A stretch of DNA of 64,000 nt, from IMG/VR virus record IMGVR_UViG_3300006099_000008, positions 1,219 through 65,218 of that record, one strand, 5' to 3'. This stretch comes from a virus (taxonomy: Duplodnaviria; Caudoviricetes). The notes under the pieces were generated by a model. It searched no databases and was not told the DNA's origin. It saw nothing but the letters and a program-made list of their open reading frames with translations. Positions 8,335-18,000 of the stretch are shown piece after piece. How positions within the stretch are numbered: position 1 is the stretch's first letter; each line of letters starts with the position of its first letter. Made by a program: the position numbers and the translations under genes.

Positions 8335-8968
8335 AGTTAATTTTATCCAAACCGAAACGAAGGTGATAAATATTATTGATCCTAAAAAAGTGCCGGAGCT
8401 TTCTGAACAGGAAAAATGGGTATGCACAGTAAAATGGTTAAATTCGCTATACAGCGGGCATTATGCCCTGCTTAACGGAGAGTTTACAAATTTAGAGGAA
8501 TATATCGAATATGCCGAAGAAGCAGAGCCATGCTCGAATGAATGCCCATATTATGAAAAATGCCCGAGTACGGCCAGGGAGCCATACAGACCATTTGTTC
8601 CAATTCCAATAATAGAGTGTTGGAGCGGTTTACCGGCGAAGGGAGCGTTGCAGGCCCAAGGTTTCTGGCAATGGGCAATCGGCGTAAGGGCAATGCCGGC
8701 CAGAAATAATAAAATGCCAAAAATTTCAATACCAAGGAGGTCGTACATGTTTAGCGAATACAATTACACATTTGAATACAATCCTAAAATAACGCTTAAA
8801 ATTGCGGGAGAGGAAGAGGTATATAAGCTGATGCGTAAGGCTCGCGATCAATTGCAAGACTTAATGATTACTATGCAAGAACTAACAAAACAAAAACTTA
8901 CGCTTGAAGCGACAATGAATCAGCCGCCAAACAAATCAGCGGCCGAGGATATGTATGACGGTGATTAA
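8279..8968 (+). CDS. hypothetical protein (start uncertain; second in-frame RBS and ATG at 8747)
   Basis: Open frame with a Cys cluster CSNECPYYEKC; AGGAGG precedes the internal ATG 8747. Confidence 0.4.
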   Translation: MLYRRQKELLIHFHRKQCKVNFIQTETKVINIIDPKKVPELSEQEKWVCTVKWLNSLYSGHYALLNGEFTNLEEYIEYAEEAEPCSNECPYYEKCPSTAREPYRPFVPIPIIECWSGLPAKGALQAQGFWQWAIGVRAMPARNNKMPKISIPRRSYMFSEYNYTFEYNPKITLKIAGEEEVYKLMRKARDQLQDLMITMQELTKQKLTLEATMNQPPNKSAAEDMYDGD

Positions 8969-9177
8969 AGATATGGAAATAATTCCTCTTTCTTGTCATC
9001 AGGTATGCGGTAAATTTCAAAGGATCCGCCAAACATTGATGAAAGCTTTGAATCGCCTTCGAAGCTATGCGGTTTTCTACAGCCGGGGCACGTTCTGATT
9101 CCCTCGCTTGTATGATAATCCAACTGACTTTCCTTTATGGAATAGGTACACCCGCATTCACATTTTATTACAAACAT
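8965..9177 (-). CDS. small zinc-ribbon protein
   Basis: CECGC...CPGC; AAAGGAGG RBS before ATG 9177. Confidence 0.6.
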   Translation of the reverse strand: MFVIKCECGCTYSIKESQLDYHTSEGIRTCPGCRKPHSFEGDSKLSSMFGGSFEIYRIPDDKKEELFPYL

Positions 9178-9257
9178 GTTATCAATCCTCCTTTTCATTT
9201 GATTTTATCACACAGTTTAACGGAGGACAATAAAAAACCAAAGGAGGTAAATTCAAA

Positions 9258-11102
9258 ATGAAGTATGATTTCAGCGGCTGGGCCACGAGAAATAATCTCA
9301 AGTGCTCCGACGGCCGCACAATTATGAAGGACGCATTTAAGGAATGCGACGGACAAACCATACCCCTTGTTTGGAACCACCAGCACAATATTCCCGAAAA
9401 CATACTGGGGCACGCAATGCTGGAAAACCGAAACGAAGGAGTTTATGCCTACTGCAAATTTAACGAAACGGAAACGGGCCGAAACGCCAAAATGCTTGTG
9501 GAGCATGGCGACGTATCGGCTCTTTCTATTTATGCAAACCAACTGCGGCAGGAGGGCGGCAATGTTATACATGGAGCAATACGGGAGGTGAGCCTTGTTG
9601 TGGCCGGAGCCAATCCCGGGGCCTTTATAGACTCAATTATGAGCCATGGAGAGGAATCCAGCGAGGAGGCCGTTATATATACCGGCGAAGGTATAAGCCT
9701 TTATCATGCCGACAGCGCAAAACAAGAAGATAAAGGAGAAAAAGCTGAAAGCGGTAAGAGCGAAGAGAAGAAAGACGATGATAAAGATGAAACAATCGAA
9801 GACGTTTTTAACACGCTTAGCGAAAAACAAAAAAATGTTGTTTACGCCATGATAGGACAAATCATTGAAGATGACGATAAAACCGAAAAAGACAATAGCG
9901 AACCTAAGGGAGGAGATAACGACATGAAACACAACATATTCGAAAACGACGAAAAGCAGGACGACTTTCTCAGCCATGCCGACCAGGAAGGTATCATAAG
10001 CATGGCAAAATCCAACAGCGTTGGAAGCCTTCAGGCGGCAATAAGCCTTTACGCCGAAAACAACAAGGGGGTTTTGGCGCATGGAATTGACGATATAGAA
10101 TCGCTGTTCCCGGAATACAAGGACGTTCGTCCTGGAGCGCCGGAGCTTATACAGAGGGATCAGGGCTGGGTTTCAACCGTTATGCAGAAAACACACAAAA
10201 GCCCAATCAGCCGCATACGCACACGCCAGGCCGACGCAACGGGAACCGACCTTAGGGCATTTGGTTATCAGAAGGGCAAAAAGAAGCAGGTTGCCGGAAA
10301 CATTAAGCTGCTTAAAAGGACTACCGATCCGCAGACTGTTTACCGCAAGGACGCGCTGCACAGGGACGACATAATTGACATAACCGATTTCGACGTTGTG
10401 GAATACCAATATGGCATAATGCGGCAAAATCTTAACGAGGAGATCGCGACGGCCATAATGATTGGCGATGGGCGCGAGGACGGAGACGACATGAAGATCA
10501 GTGAGGATCATATCCGTTCCATATGGCATGACGACGATCTTTACACCATACATGCCGACGTGGATATCACAGCCGCGAAACGGGAGCTTCAGGGAACAAA
10601 TACGGGAGCTAATTTCGGAGAGAATTATGTGTATGCCGAGGCCATTATAACAGCGGCGCTTTACTCCCGCGAGAGATATAAGGGAAGCGGAACGCCGGAC
10701 TTCTACTGCACGCCGCATTTGCTCAACGTTATGCTGCTTGCCAGGGATTTGAACGGCCGCCGTATATATGATTCAAAGACTGATTTGGCAGCTGCGCTTA
10801 ATGTTGGGGCAATACACACTGCCGAGCAGTTTGAAGGGAAAACAAGAACAACTAAGGACAACAAGCAAAAGAAGCTGCTGGGCATATTTGTAAATCTTTC
10901 CGACTATCAGATCGGCTGCACAAAGGGCGGCGAAATTACAAGATTCAACCAGTTTGACATCGACTTCAACCAGGAGAAATATTTGATTGAGACACGCATT
11001 TCCGGCGCCCTTACGAGAATTTACTCCGCGATTGCTCTTGAGGAGGACATGACGAAAGCCACTGTTACTACGCCAGGCGAAGGAACAGAGGAAACGGAAT
11101 AA
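9258..11102 (+). CDS. prohead protease - scaffold - major capsid polyprotein
   Basis: N-terminal HK97-type protease (FSGWAT, LVWNHQH, EVSLVVAGANPGA), acidic scaffold, C-terminal capsid domain. Confidence 0.88.
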   Translation: MKYDFSGWATRNNLKCSDGRTIMKDAFKECDGQTIPLVWNHQHNIPENILGHAMLENRNEGVYAYCKFNETETGRNAKMLVEHGDVSALSIYANQLRQEGGNVIHGAIREVSLVVAGANPGAFIDSIMSHGEESSEEAVIYTGEGISLYHADSAKQEDKGEKAESGKSEEKKDDDKDETIEDVFNTLSEKQKNVVYAMIGQIIEDDDKTEKDNSEPKGGDNDMKHNIFENDEKQDDFLSHADQEGIISMAKSNSVGSLQAAISLYAENNKGVLAHGIDDIESLFPEYKDVRPGAPELIQRDQGWVSTVMQKTHKSPISRIRTRQADATGTDLRAFGYQKGKKKQVAGNIKLLKRTTDPQTVYRKDALHRDDIIDITDFDVVEYQYGIMRQNLNEEIATAIMIGDGREDGDDMKISEDHIRSIWHDDDLYTIHADVDITAAKRELQGTNTGANFGENYVYAEAIITAALYSRERYKGSGTPDFYCTPHLLNVMLLARDLNGRRIYDSKTDLAAALNVGAIHTAEQFEGKTRTTKDNKQKKLLGIFVNLSDYQIGCTKGGEITRFNQFDIDFNQEKYLIETRISGALTRIYSAIALEEDMTKATVTTPGEGTEETE

Positions 11103-11119
11103 CCGGAGAAAAATTCAAA

Positions 11120-11443
11120 ATGGCTAAATTTTACGGAGCTATAGGGTATGCGGAAACAAAAGAAACGTCGCCGGGCGTTTGGGAGGAAGAAATTACCGAA
11201 CGGGAATATTTTGGCGATTTAATAAGAAGTTCAAGAAGGCTTCAAGCCTCGGATAATCTCAACGACAATATTGTTATAAACAATGAGATAAGCATTGTAT
11301 CTGATCCATACGCATATGAAAACTTTCATGCCATGAGGTATGTTGTGTTTATGGGGGCGAAATGGAAAATTGCAAGCGTTGAGGCACAGTATCCGAGGCT
11401 TATTATAAGCATTGGTGAGGTATACAATGAGCAAAAGGGCTGA
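11120..11443 (+). CDS. head closure / head-tail adaptor
   Basis: Position after the capsid; GAKWKIASVEAQYPRLII pattern. Confidence 0.65.
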   Translation: MAKFYGAIGYAETKETSPGVWEEEITEREYFGDLIRSSRRLQASDNLNDNIVINNEISIVSDPYAYENFHAMRYVVFMGAKWKIASVEAQYPRLIISIGEVYNEQKG

Positions 11444-11732
11444 GCTGCACAAAATTCTCTGCGGCATTCTCGGAAGCGGCAACGTATATTACCAGCCGCC
11501 GGAGTCGGTTAAGATGAATTACCCGGCTATTGTATATTCAAAATTTGACATAGACAACACGTTTGCGGACAACGGCGTATACAAGCAGCTTACCTTATAC
11601 GAAGTGGCGGTTATAGACAAAAATCCGGACAGCGAAATAGTTTACAAGGTTTCGCGGCTTGAAAGCTGCCGGTACAGCAGACATTTTGTGCATGACAATT
11701 TAAACCACGATATATTTTTAATCTACTATTAA
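11427..11732 (+). CDS. tail terminator / completion protein
   Basis: NVYYQPP..KMNYPAIVY pattern; position. Confidence 0.6.
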   Translation: MSKRAELHKILCGILGSGNVYYQPPESVKMNYPAIVYSKFDIDNTFADNGVYKQLTLYEVAVIDKNPDSEIVYKVSRLESCRYSRHFVHDNLNHDIFLIYY

Positions 11733-11746
11733 GGAGGAATACGAAT

Positions 11747-12406
11747 ATGGCCAGACTTACATGGGACAGTACAGGAGAGCGCTTGTATGAAAGCGGCGTT
11801 GAAAAAGGAGTGTTATACATAGCCGAAAACGGAATATATCCGAAAGGTGTTGCGTGGAACGGGCTTACAGGGGTGACAGAGAGCCCGTCGGGAGCGGAGC
11901 CTTCACCGCTTTACGCGGACAACATAAAGTATCTTAACCTTATCTCGGCGGAGGAGTTTGGCGCAACGATTGAAGCCTACACATATCCCGATGAATTTGG
12001 AAAATGCGATGGCTCGGCGGAGATTACAGTGGGGGTAAGCATTGGACAGCAGACCCGCTCTATTTTTGGATTATCATATGTTACAAAAATCGGAAACGAT
12101 GTTGACGGCGACAGCCATGGGTATAAAATACATCTTATTTACGGTGCAACCGCCTCGCCGTCGGAGAAGGCATATTCCACAATAAACGACTCGCCTGACG
12201 CGATTACATTCTCATGGGAGGTTTCAACAACGCCGGTAATTGTTACCGGGTTTAAGCCAGCGGCTTCGGTTGTTATAAACAGCACTAAGGTCAATCCAAC
12301 GGAATTAAGCGCTTTTGAGGACATTCTTTACGGTTCTGGTGAAAATGAGGCAAGGCTTCCTCTTCCCGACGAGCTGATCACGCTTTTTCCTAACGGAACG
12401 AACTGA
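11747..12406 (+). CDS. major tail (tube) protein
   Basis: LTWD..GERLYESGVEKGVLY, AWNGLT, YADNIKY phi13-like tail tube motifs. Confidence 0.85.
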   Translation: MARLTWDSTGERLYESGVEKGVLYIAENGIYPKGVAWNGLTGVTESPSGAEPSPLYADNIKYLNLISAEEFGATIEAYTYPDEFGKCDGSAEITVGVSIGQQTRSIFGLSYVTKIGNDVDGDSHGYKIHLIYGATASPSEKAYSTINDSPDAITFSWEVSTTPVIVTGFKPAASVVINSTKVNPTELSAFEDILYGSGENEARLPLPDELITLFPNGTN

Positions 12407-12487
12407 TATTGCAGCGACATAGATAATAACGGCAAGAGGCGTATTTGGGTTTCCATTTGCGCCTCTTTTTTGAAAGGAGATTATTAA

Positions 12488-12850
12488 ATGGTTAAAAAGA
12501 CTATCGCTTATACAGACTACAACGGAATGGAAAGGAAAGAGGATTTTTATTTCAATCTGACAAAAGCGGAGCTTACCGAAATGCAGTTAAGCGTCGACGG
12601 AGGCTTTGACGAGAAAATAAAGCAGATAATTGACGCTAAAAACCAGCCGGAGATAATAAAGCTGTTCAAGGAAATATTGTTTAAAGCGTACGGCGAGAAA
12701 AGCCCAGACGGAAGAAGGTTTATAAAATCAGAGGAAATTTCAACGGCGTTTTCACAGACAGAGGCATATTCGATTTTGTTTATGGAGCTGGCCCAAAACG
12801 CTGAACTGGCGGCGGAATTTATAAACGGAATACTTCCGAAAAACGAATAA
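12488..12850 (+). CDS. tail assembly chaperone
   Basis: Position after the tail tube gene; YTDYNG.ER.EDFYFNL pattern. Confidence 0.7.
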   Translation: MVKKTIAYTDYNGMERKEDFYFNLTKAELTEMQLSVDGGFDEKIKQIIDAKNQPEIIKLFKEILFKAYGEKSPDGRRFIKSEEISTAFSQTEAYSILFMELAQNAELAAEFINGILPKNE

Positions 12851-12868
12851 CCGAAAGAGCTGATTAGA

Positions 12869-13411
12869 TTGCTTAAAATAACAATACCGTCCGCCGAGCA
12901 ATGGGACGAATTTCGGGAGGAGTTTGTTAATATACCGGAGAAAACGCTGACGTTGGAGCATTCTCTTGTGTCGGTTTCAAAATGGGAACAAAAATGGCGG
13001 AAGCCTTTTATGACAAAACAGGATAAAACATACGAGGAGTTAATCGACTATATACGGTGCATGACAATTACGCAAAACACAGATGATTCGGTCTACAGCC
13101 GTTTGACAAATAAAAACATAAAGGAAATACAGGAATACATAGACGCGCCTATGACCGCGACATGGTTTTCTGACGAAAAAACAAGAAAGCTGGGAAGGGA
13201 GCAGATTACCAGCGAGATTATATATTACTGGCTTATAGCGTTTAACATACCTCCCGAATTTCAGAAATGGCATCTCAACCGGCTGCTTACGCTTATAAGA
13301 GTGTGCGACATAAAAAGCCGGCCATCAAAATCCATGAGCAAAAAAGAAATAATGAGAAACAATTCGGCGCTTAACAGCGCGCGGAGAAGGAGACTTCACA
13401 CGAAAGGATAG
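12869..13411 (+). CDS. second tail assembly chaperone (gp15-like)
   Basis: Position; LEHSLVSVSKWE..W.KPF and WHLNRLLTLI patterns. Confidence 0.6.
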   Translation: MLKITIPSAEQWDEFREEFVNIPEKTLTLEHSLVSVSKWEQKWRKPFMTKQDKTYEELIDYIRCMTITQNTDDSVYSRLTNKNIKEIQEYIDAPMTATWFSDEKTRKLGREQITSEIIYYWLIAFNIPPEFQKWHLNRLLTLIRVCDIKSRPSKSMSKKEIMRNNSALNSARRRRLHTKG

Positions 13412-13415
13412 GAGC

Positions 13416-13724
13416 ATGGGCTTTAAGCAGGAAAAATGGTATGAAAAGTGGCTTATTACTTTTACTAAAAAGGCGGTTACTTTAATTCTTATTGTGTCGC
13501 TTTTTGATTTACAGCTGTCTTATATTCTTGCGTTTATGGGCAGGGAGCAGATCGCGGAGTCACTGTCCAGCACCATAGCGGAGGTAATAGTGGGCGTTAT
13601 GGCCGGGTATTTTATGAAGGCTTTGTTTGAAACGTTTTTCGAAAAGCGTGAAATAAGGCTTGACAGACTGGCAGGAGCTCCTCGTGGCGGCTTTAATGAA
13701 AAAGGAGATGATTTAAAGGAATGA
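13416..13724 (+). CDS. two-TM membrane protein (lysis-associated)
   Basis: Two hydrophobic helices; adjacent to the holin and amidase. Confidence 0.5.
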   Translation: MGFKQEKWYEKWLITFTKKAVTLILIVSLFDLQLSYILAFMGREQIAESLSSTIAEVIVGVMAGYFMKALFETFFEKREIRLDRLAGAPRGGFNEKGDDLKE

Positions 13725-14026
13725 ACGGCGTTATTGATATATCAGGGCTTATTACGGCTATAGGAATTTTGACGGTTATAACCAACATAATCGTTGAGGT
13801 TGTTAAAACAGCCACATACAATTTTATGCCAACGCAGCTTTTGGCGCTTATTGTATCGGAAGCGCTTACTTTTTCGATGTATAAGGCGTGCTGGAGCTAT
13901 TACAAGCTCACAGCGGAGTGGTACCACAGCGCGGCGGCGGTTGTTGTTGGATTTATGGTGGCCTATGCGGCCATGTTCGGATTTGACACGCTGAAAAACG
14001 CTGTGAGCAAGGCGGTGAAGAAATAA
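13721..14026 (+). CDS. holin
   Basis: Three hydrophobic segments with a basic C-terminus; directly upstream of the endolysin. Confidence 0.7.
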   Translation: MNGVIDISGLITAIGILTVITNIIVEVVKTATYNFMPTQLLALIVSEALTFSMYKACWSYYKLTAEWYHSAAAVVVGFMVAYAAMFGFDTLKNAVSKAVKK

Positions 14027-14697
14027 TGGTGGCTATAAAAAGGAAATTGGCGAACAACAACAATTACGGAGGAAAAAGAAGCACCGGCAACATCAAGTTT
14101 ATAGTTATCCATTACACAGCCAACGATGGGGACACTTCCGAGGCAAACGCGAGATATTTTGCGAAAAACAGGGTTAACGCATCGGCGCATTATTTTGTGG
14201 ACGACGATGTTATATACCAAAGCGTTCCCGATGATTTTGTGGCGTGGAGTGTTGGCGGCAAAAAATATCCCAATACCAGGGGAGCTTCCTTTTACGGAAA
14301 ATGCACAAACGATAACAGCATATCCATCGAACTTTGCGACACCAGGAGAAACGGCAATTATGATTTTACAGAGGAAACTTTAAGAAACGCCGCCGATATC
14401 ACAGGGCTTCTCATGGAAAAATACGGCGTTCCGTTGGCGAATGTTATAAGGCACTATGATGTTAACGGGAAAATATGCCCCAAGCCGTTTGTTGACGATG
14501 AAGCGGCGTGGAAAAGGTTTAAGGCAGGACTGGAGGACGAAATGATTGAAAACAGCACTATAATTATAGACGGAAAAGAAACGGCCGTTAGAAGGATACT
14601 TAAAGACGGAACGAATTTCATTTCGATTAGAGATTTGGCCGAGGCTTTAGGCTACAAGATTGGAAGCAAAGGAAGCATCGCGGTTTTGAGCAAATAA
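14026..14697 (+). CDS. endolysin, N-acetylmuramoyl-L-alanine amidase (Amidase_2) with C-terminal binding domain
   Basis: IVIHYTA, ASAHYFVD, SISIELC, RHYDV.GK.CP motifs. Confidence 0.9.
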   Translation: MVAIKRKLANNNNYGGKRSTGNIKFIVIHYTANDGDTSEANARYFAKNRVNASAHYFVDDDVIYQSVPDDFVAWSVGGKKYPNTRGASFYGKCTNDNSISIELCDTRRNGNYDFTEETLRNAADITGLLMEKYGVPLANVIRHYDVNGKICPKPFVDDEAAWKRFKAGLEDEMIENSTIIIDGKETAVRRILKDGTNFISIRDLAEALGYKIGSKGSIAVLSK

Positions 14698-14721
14698 TCG
14701 GTTGCCGAAGGAGAATGCCAA

Positions 14722-15099
14722 ATGATAAGTTTCAGACAAAAAGGAGATTTTTCAAAACTGACAAAATACTTTGAGCGTATAAGGGAAACGGCGCATTTAG
14801 GGATTCTCGACAAGTATGGAAAGCAAGGAGTTCTTGCCCTGTCGGCCGCAACGCCTGTTGACACTGGGAAAACGGCGGCTTCATGGCGCTACAGCATAAG
14901 CAATAAAAACGGTACCGCCGTTATTTCTTTTTACAACTCAAACATTCAAAATGGAGTTCCGATAGCCATAATACTGCAATACGGGCATGGAACGCGCAAC
15001 GGAGGCTGGGTACAGGGGCGAGATTATATCAATCCTGTTATCCAGCCTGTTTTTGACAAAATGGTAAACGACGTATGGAGGGAGGTTACAAAGCTATGA
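14722..15099 (+). CDS. HK97 gp10-like tail component
   Basis: ATPVDTGKTAASW and LQYGHGT motifs. Confidence 0.7.
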   Translation: MISFRQKGDFSKLTKYFERIRETAHLGILDKYGKQGVLALSAATPVDTGKTAASWRYSISNKNGTAVISFYNSNIQNGVPIAIILQYGHGTRNGGWVQGRDYINPVIQPVFDKMVNDVWREVTKL

Positions 15100-18000
15100 G
15101 CCGAGAAATTGACGAAAGAATTGTTGAAATGCGGTTTGATAACCGCCAGTTTGAAAGCAACGTTCAAACCAGTTTGTCAACGCTTGAAAACCTCAAGCAA
15201 AGCCTGAAGATGGACGGAGCGTCAAAGGGGCTGGAGAATGTTGGAGCGGCGGCAAAGGACTGCGATATGTCGCCGCTTACTAAATCCGTTGAAACAGTAC
15301 GCATGAAATTCTCCGCCTTAGAGGTTATAGCTGTAACTGCTCTCGCAAACATAACAAATTCAGTAATCAACGCTGGAAAACAGCTTGCTAAGACTTTTGC
15401 CATTGATCCGATTGTGGACGGATTTAAGGAATACGAGCTTAAAATGGGCTCCATTCAAACAATGATGATGGGCTCTGGGGCGTCTTTGAGCGAAGTAAAC
15501 GGCTATCTCGACGAATTAAATACATACGCCGACAAAACCATTTATTCCTTTGCGGACATGACCTCCAACATTGGAAAATTTACCAACGCCGGAGTTAGCC
15601 TTAAGGATTCGGTTTTGGCAATACAGGGTGTTTCCAACGCGGCGGCCGTATCCGGGGCCAACGCCAACGAGGCTTCAAGAGCCATGTATAATTTCGCGCA
15701 GGCTTTATCGGCGGGATATGTTAAGCTTATAGACTGGAAGTCTATAGAAAATGCCAACATGGCGACTGTGGAGTTCAAAACACAGCTTCTTGAAGCCGCC
15801 GTTGCGGCGGGAACGGTTGCCAGAACATCAGGCGGAATGTATAAGGTGCTGACGAAAAACAACATGGGGTCTACCATGGGAGAAGCCATTGACGCGACTC
15901 ACTCCTTTAACGACAGCTTGCAGCACCAGTGGCTGACGACTGAGGTTTTGGTAAACACGCTGAGAGATTATGCGGACGAAACAACGGAAATAGGAAAAAA
16001 GGCGTTTGCGGCGGCCCAAGATGTTAAGACGTTCAGCCAGTTAATGGACACTCTTAAAGAGGCTGTTGGTTCCGGCTGGGCCATGACGTGGGAGGTCTTA
16101 TTCGGCGATTTTAACGAGGCAAAAGAGCTTTGGACCGGCATAAGCAACGTTGTGGGAGGATTTATAGACAGTCAGTCCCAAGCACGAAACGATTTGCTTA
16201 AAGCGGGGCTTAGTTCCGGCTGGAAGCAGTTTCTTGATCAGGGCATAAGCGACTCAAAGGCATACGAGGATATAATTGTATCTGTGGCAAAGGAGCATGG
16301 AGTCGCCATAGAGGATATGCTGAAAGAGTGCGGAAATTTTGAGAAAACACTGAAACAGGGCTGGCTGACTTCTGATATTTTATCGGAATCGCTTACGAGG
16401 CTTACTGACAAAACGCGAGGCTTATCTGATGAAGAACTTGAAGCGGCAGGATATACGCGAAAGCAGGCGGAAGAGCTGGAAAAGCTGGAGGCTTCTGTTA
16501 AAGACGGAAGCGTTTCCATTGAGGAGTTTACTGAAAAAATCAACAGAGCCTCGGGACGTGAGAACGTTATAGAGGGACTTAAGAATACGTTTGAGGGGCT
16601 TATAAGCGTTGTTTCTCCTATAAAAAACGCCTTTAACGAAATATTTCCGCCGGCAACGGCAGAGCAGCTTTATATTCTAACGGAAAGGTTCAGAGAGTTT
16701 ACGTCAAAGCTCAAGCTGGGAAAAGAAACAGCCGAAAACCTTAAAAATACATTTAAAGGCGTATTTGCCGTTTTGGATATATTGGGCCGGGCTTTTTCAT
16801 CGCTGTTTAATTTTCTTCCATCGTCATTTGGCGTTTTAGGCACTTTAAGCGGAGGATTTTTAGGCGTTACTGGCGCGATTGGGCAATGGCTTGTTAAACT
16901 TGACGAGGCCATAAAGGAAAGCGATATTTTTAACAAGGCCGTTCAAGGAATTATTACCTTTATAAATAAGGCTAAAAACGCAATTGTGGATTTTGCCGGA
17001 AACATTAAAGAAAAGTTCGGCATACCGGGCTTTGAGGAAGTAAAGGCTTCGTTTGAAGAATTTATAGGCAATTTAAAAGAAAAAATTTCAATTCCCGCTT
17101 TCGAGGGATTTGGCGCTATTCTTGACGGATTAAAAAAGAGAATAGAGCAAGTCAAAAGCGTTGCCGGAGAAATGAAGGCCGGGCTTTTGGATATTTTCAA
17201 GGGAATGGGAGAATCCGTCTCCAACTGCAATTTTGTTCGTATACTGGAAGCGATTTGGAACGCCGTTAAAAGAATTGCCGGAGGAATTACAACTGAGATT
17301 GGCAAACTAGCCGGGAAACTGACAGACGGAATTAGCAACGCCGATTTTAGCGGACTTATCGATCTGTTGAACGGCTTATCCATTGGCGGCATTGCGCTGG
17401 GGATCAACAGATTTTTCAGCGCGGCTAAAAAAGCCGTTGACGAAGGATTAGATTTCAAGGAGCAAATTACTGATATTCTTGACAGTGTGAGAGGCTGCTT
17501 TGAAGCGTATCAAACGCAGCTAAAGGCGGGAGCGCTTCTCAAAATCGCGTCCGCAATGGGGATATTGGCCGCTTCCATACTTGTTATATCTTTGATAGAC
17601 AGCGACAAGCTAAATTCTTCGCTGGGTGCAATGACAGTTTTATTTGCCGATTTAATGGCTTCTATGGCTGTATTCTCAAAGATAAGCGGAATCATAAGAG
17701 GCGTTTTCAAAAGCGTTTTCGCAATGCTTGGCATTTCCGCCGCCGTTTTTATACTGGCAGGGGCTCTGAAAACCATAGGCGATCTTGATTTGGATCAAAT
17801 TGAAAATGGCTTGATTGGGATCGGCGGTTTAACGGCCATTGTAGTGGCCGCGGCAAAAATAATGGGAACTGGTACAAAAGCCATTATAAAAGGCGCCGCG
17901 CAAATGGTTATATTTTCGGCGGCTTTAAAAATTTTGGTTACGGTGTGCGAGGATTTATCGGAGCTTGACTGGGAGCAGCTAACAAAGGGGCTAACTGGCG

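Noticed and set aside
12848-12871. Read-through or frameshift joining the two tail chaperones (same frame, one TAA, 18-nt gap)
   Set aside because: I see no clear slippery heptamer, and the second ORF has its own plausible TTG start; this cannot be supported from the sequence alone.
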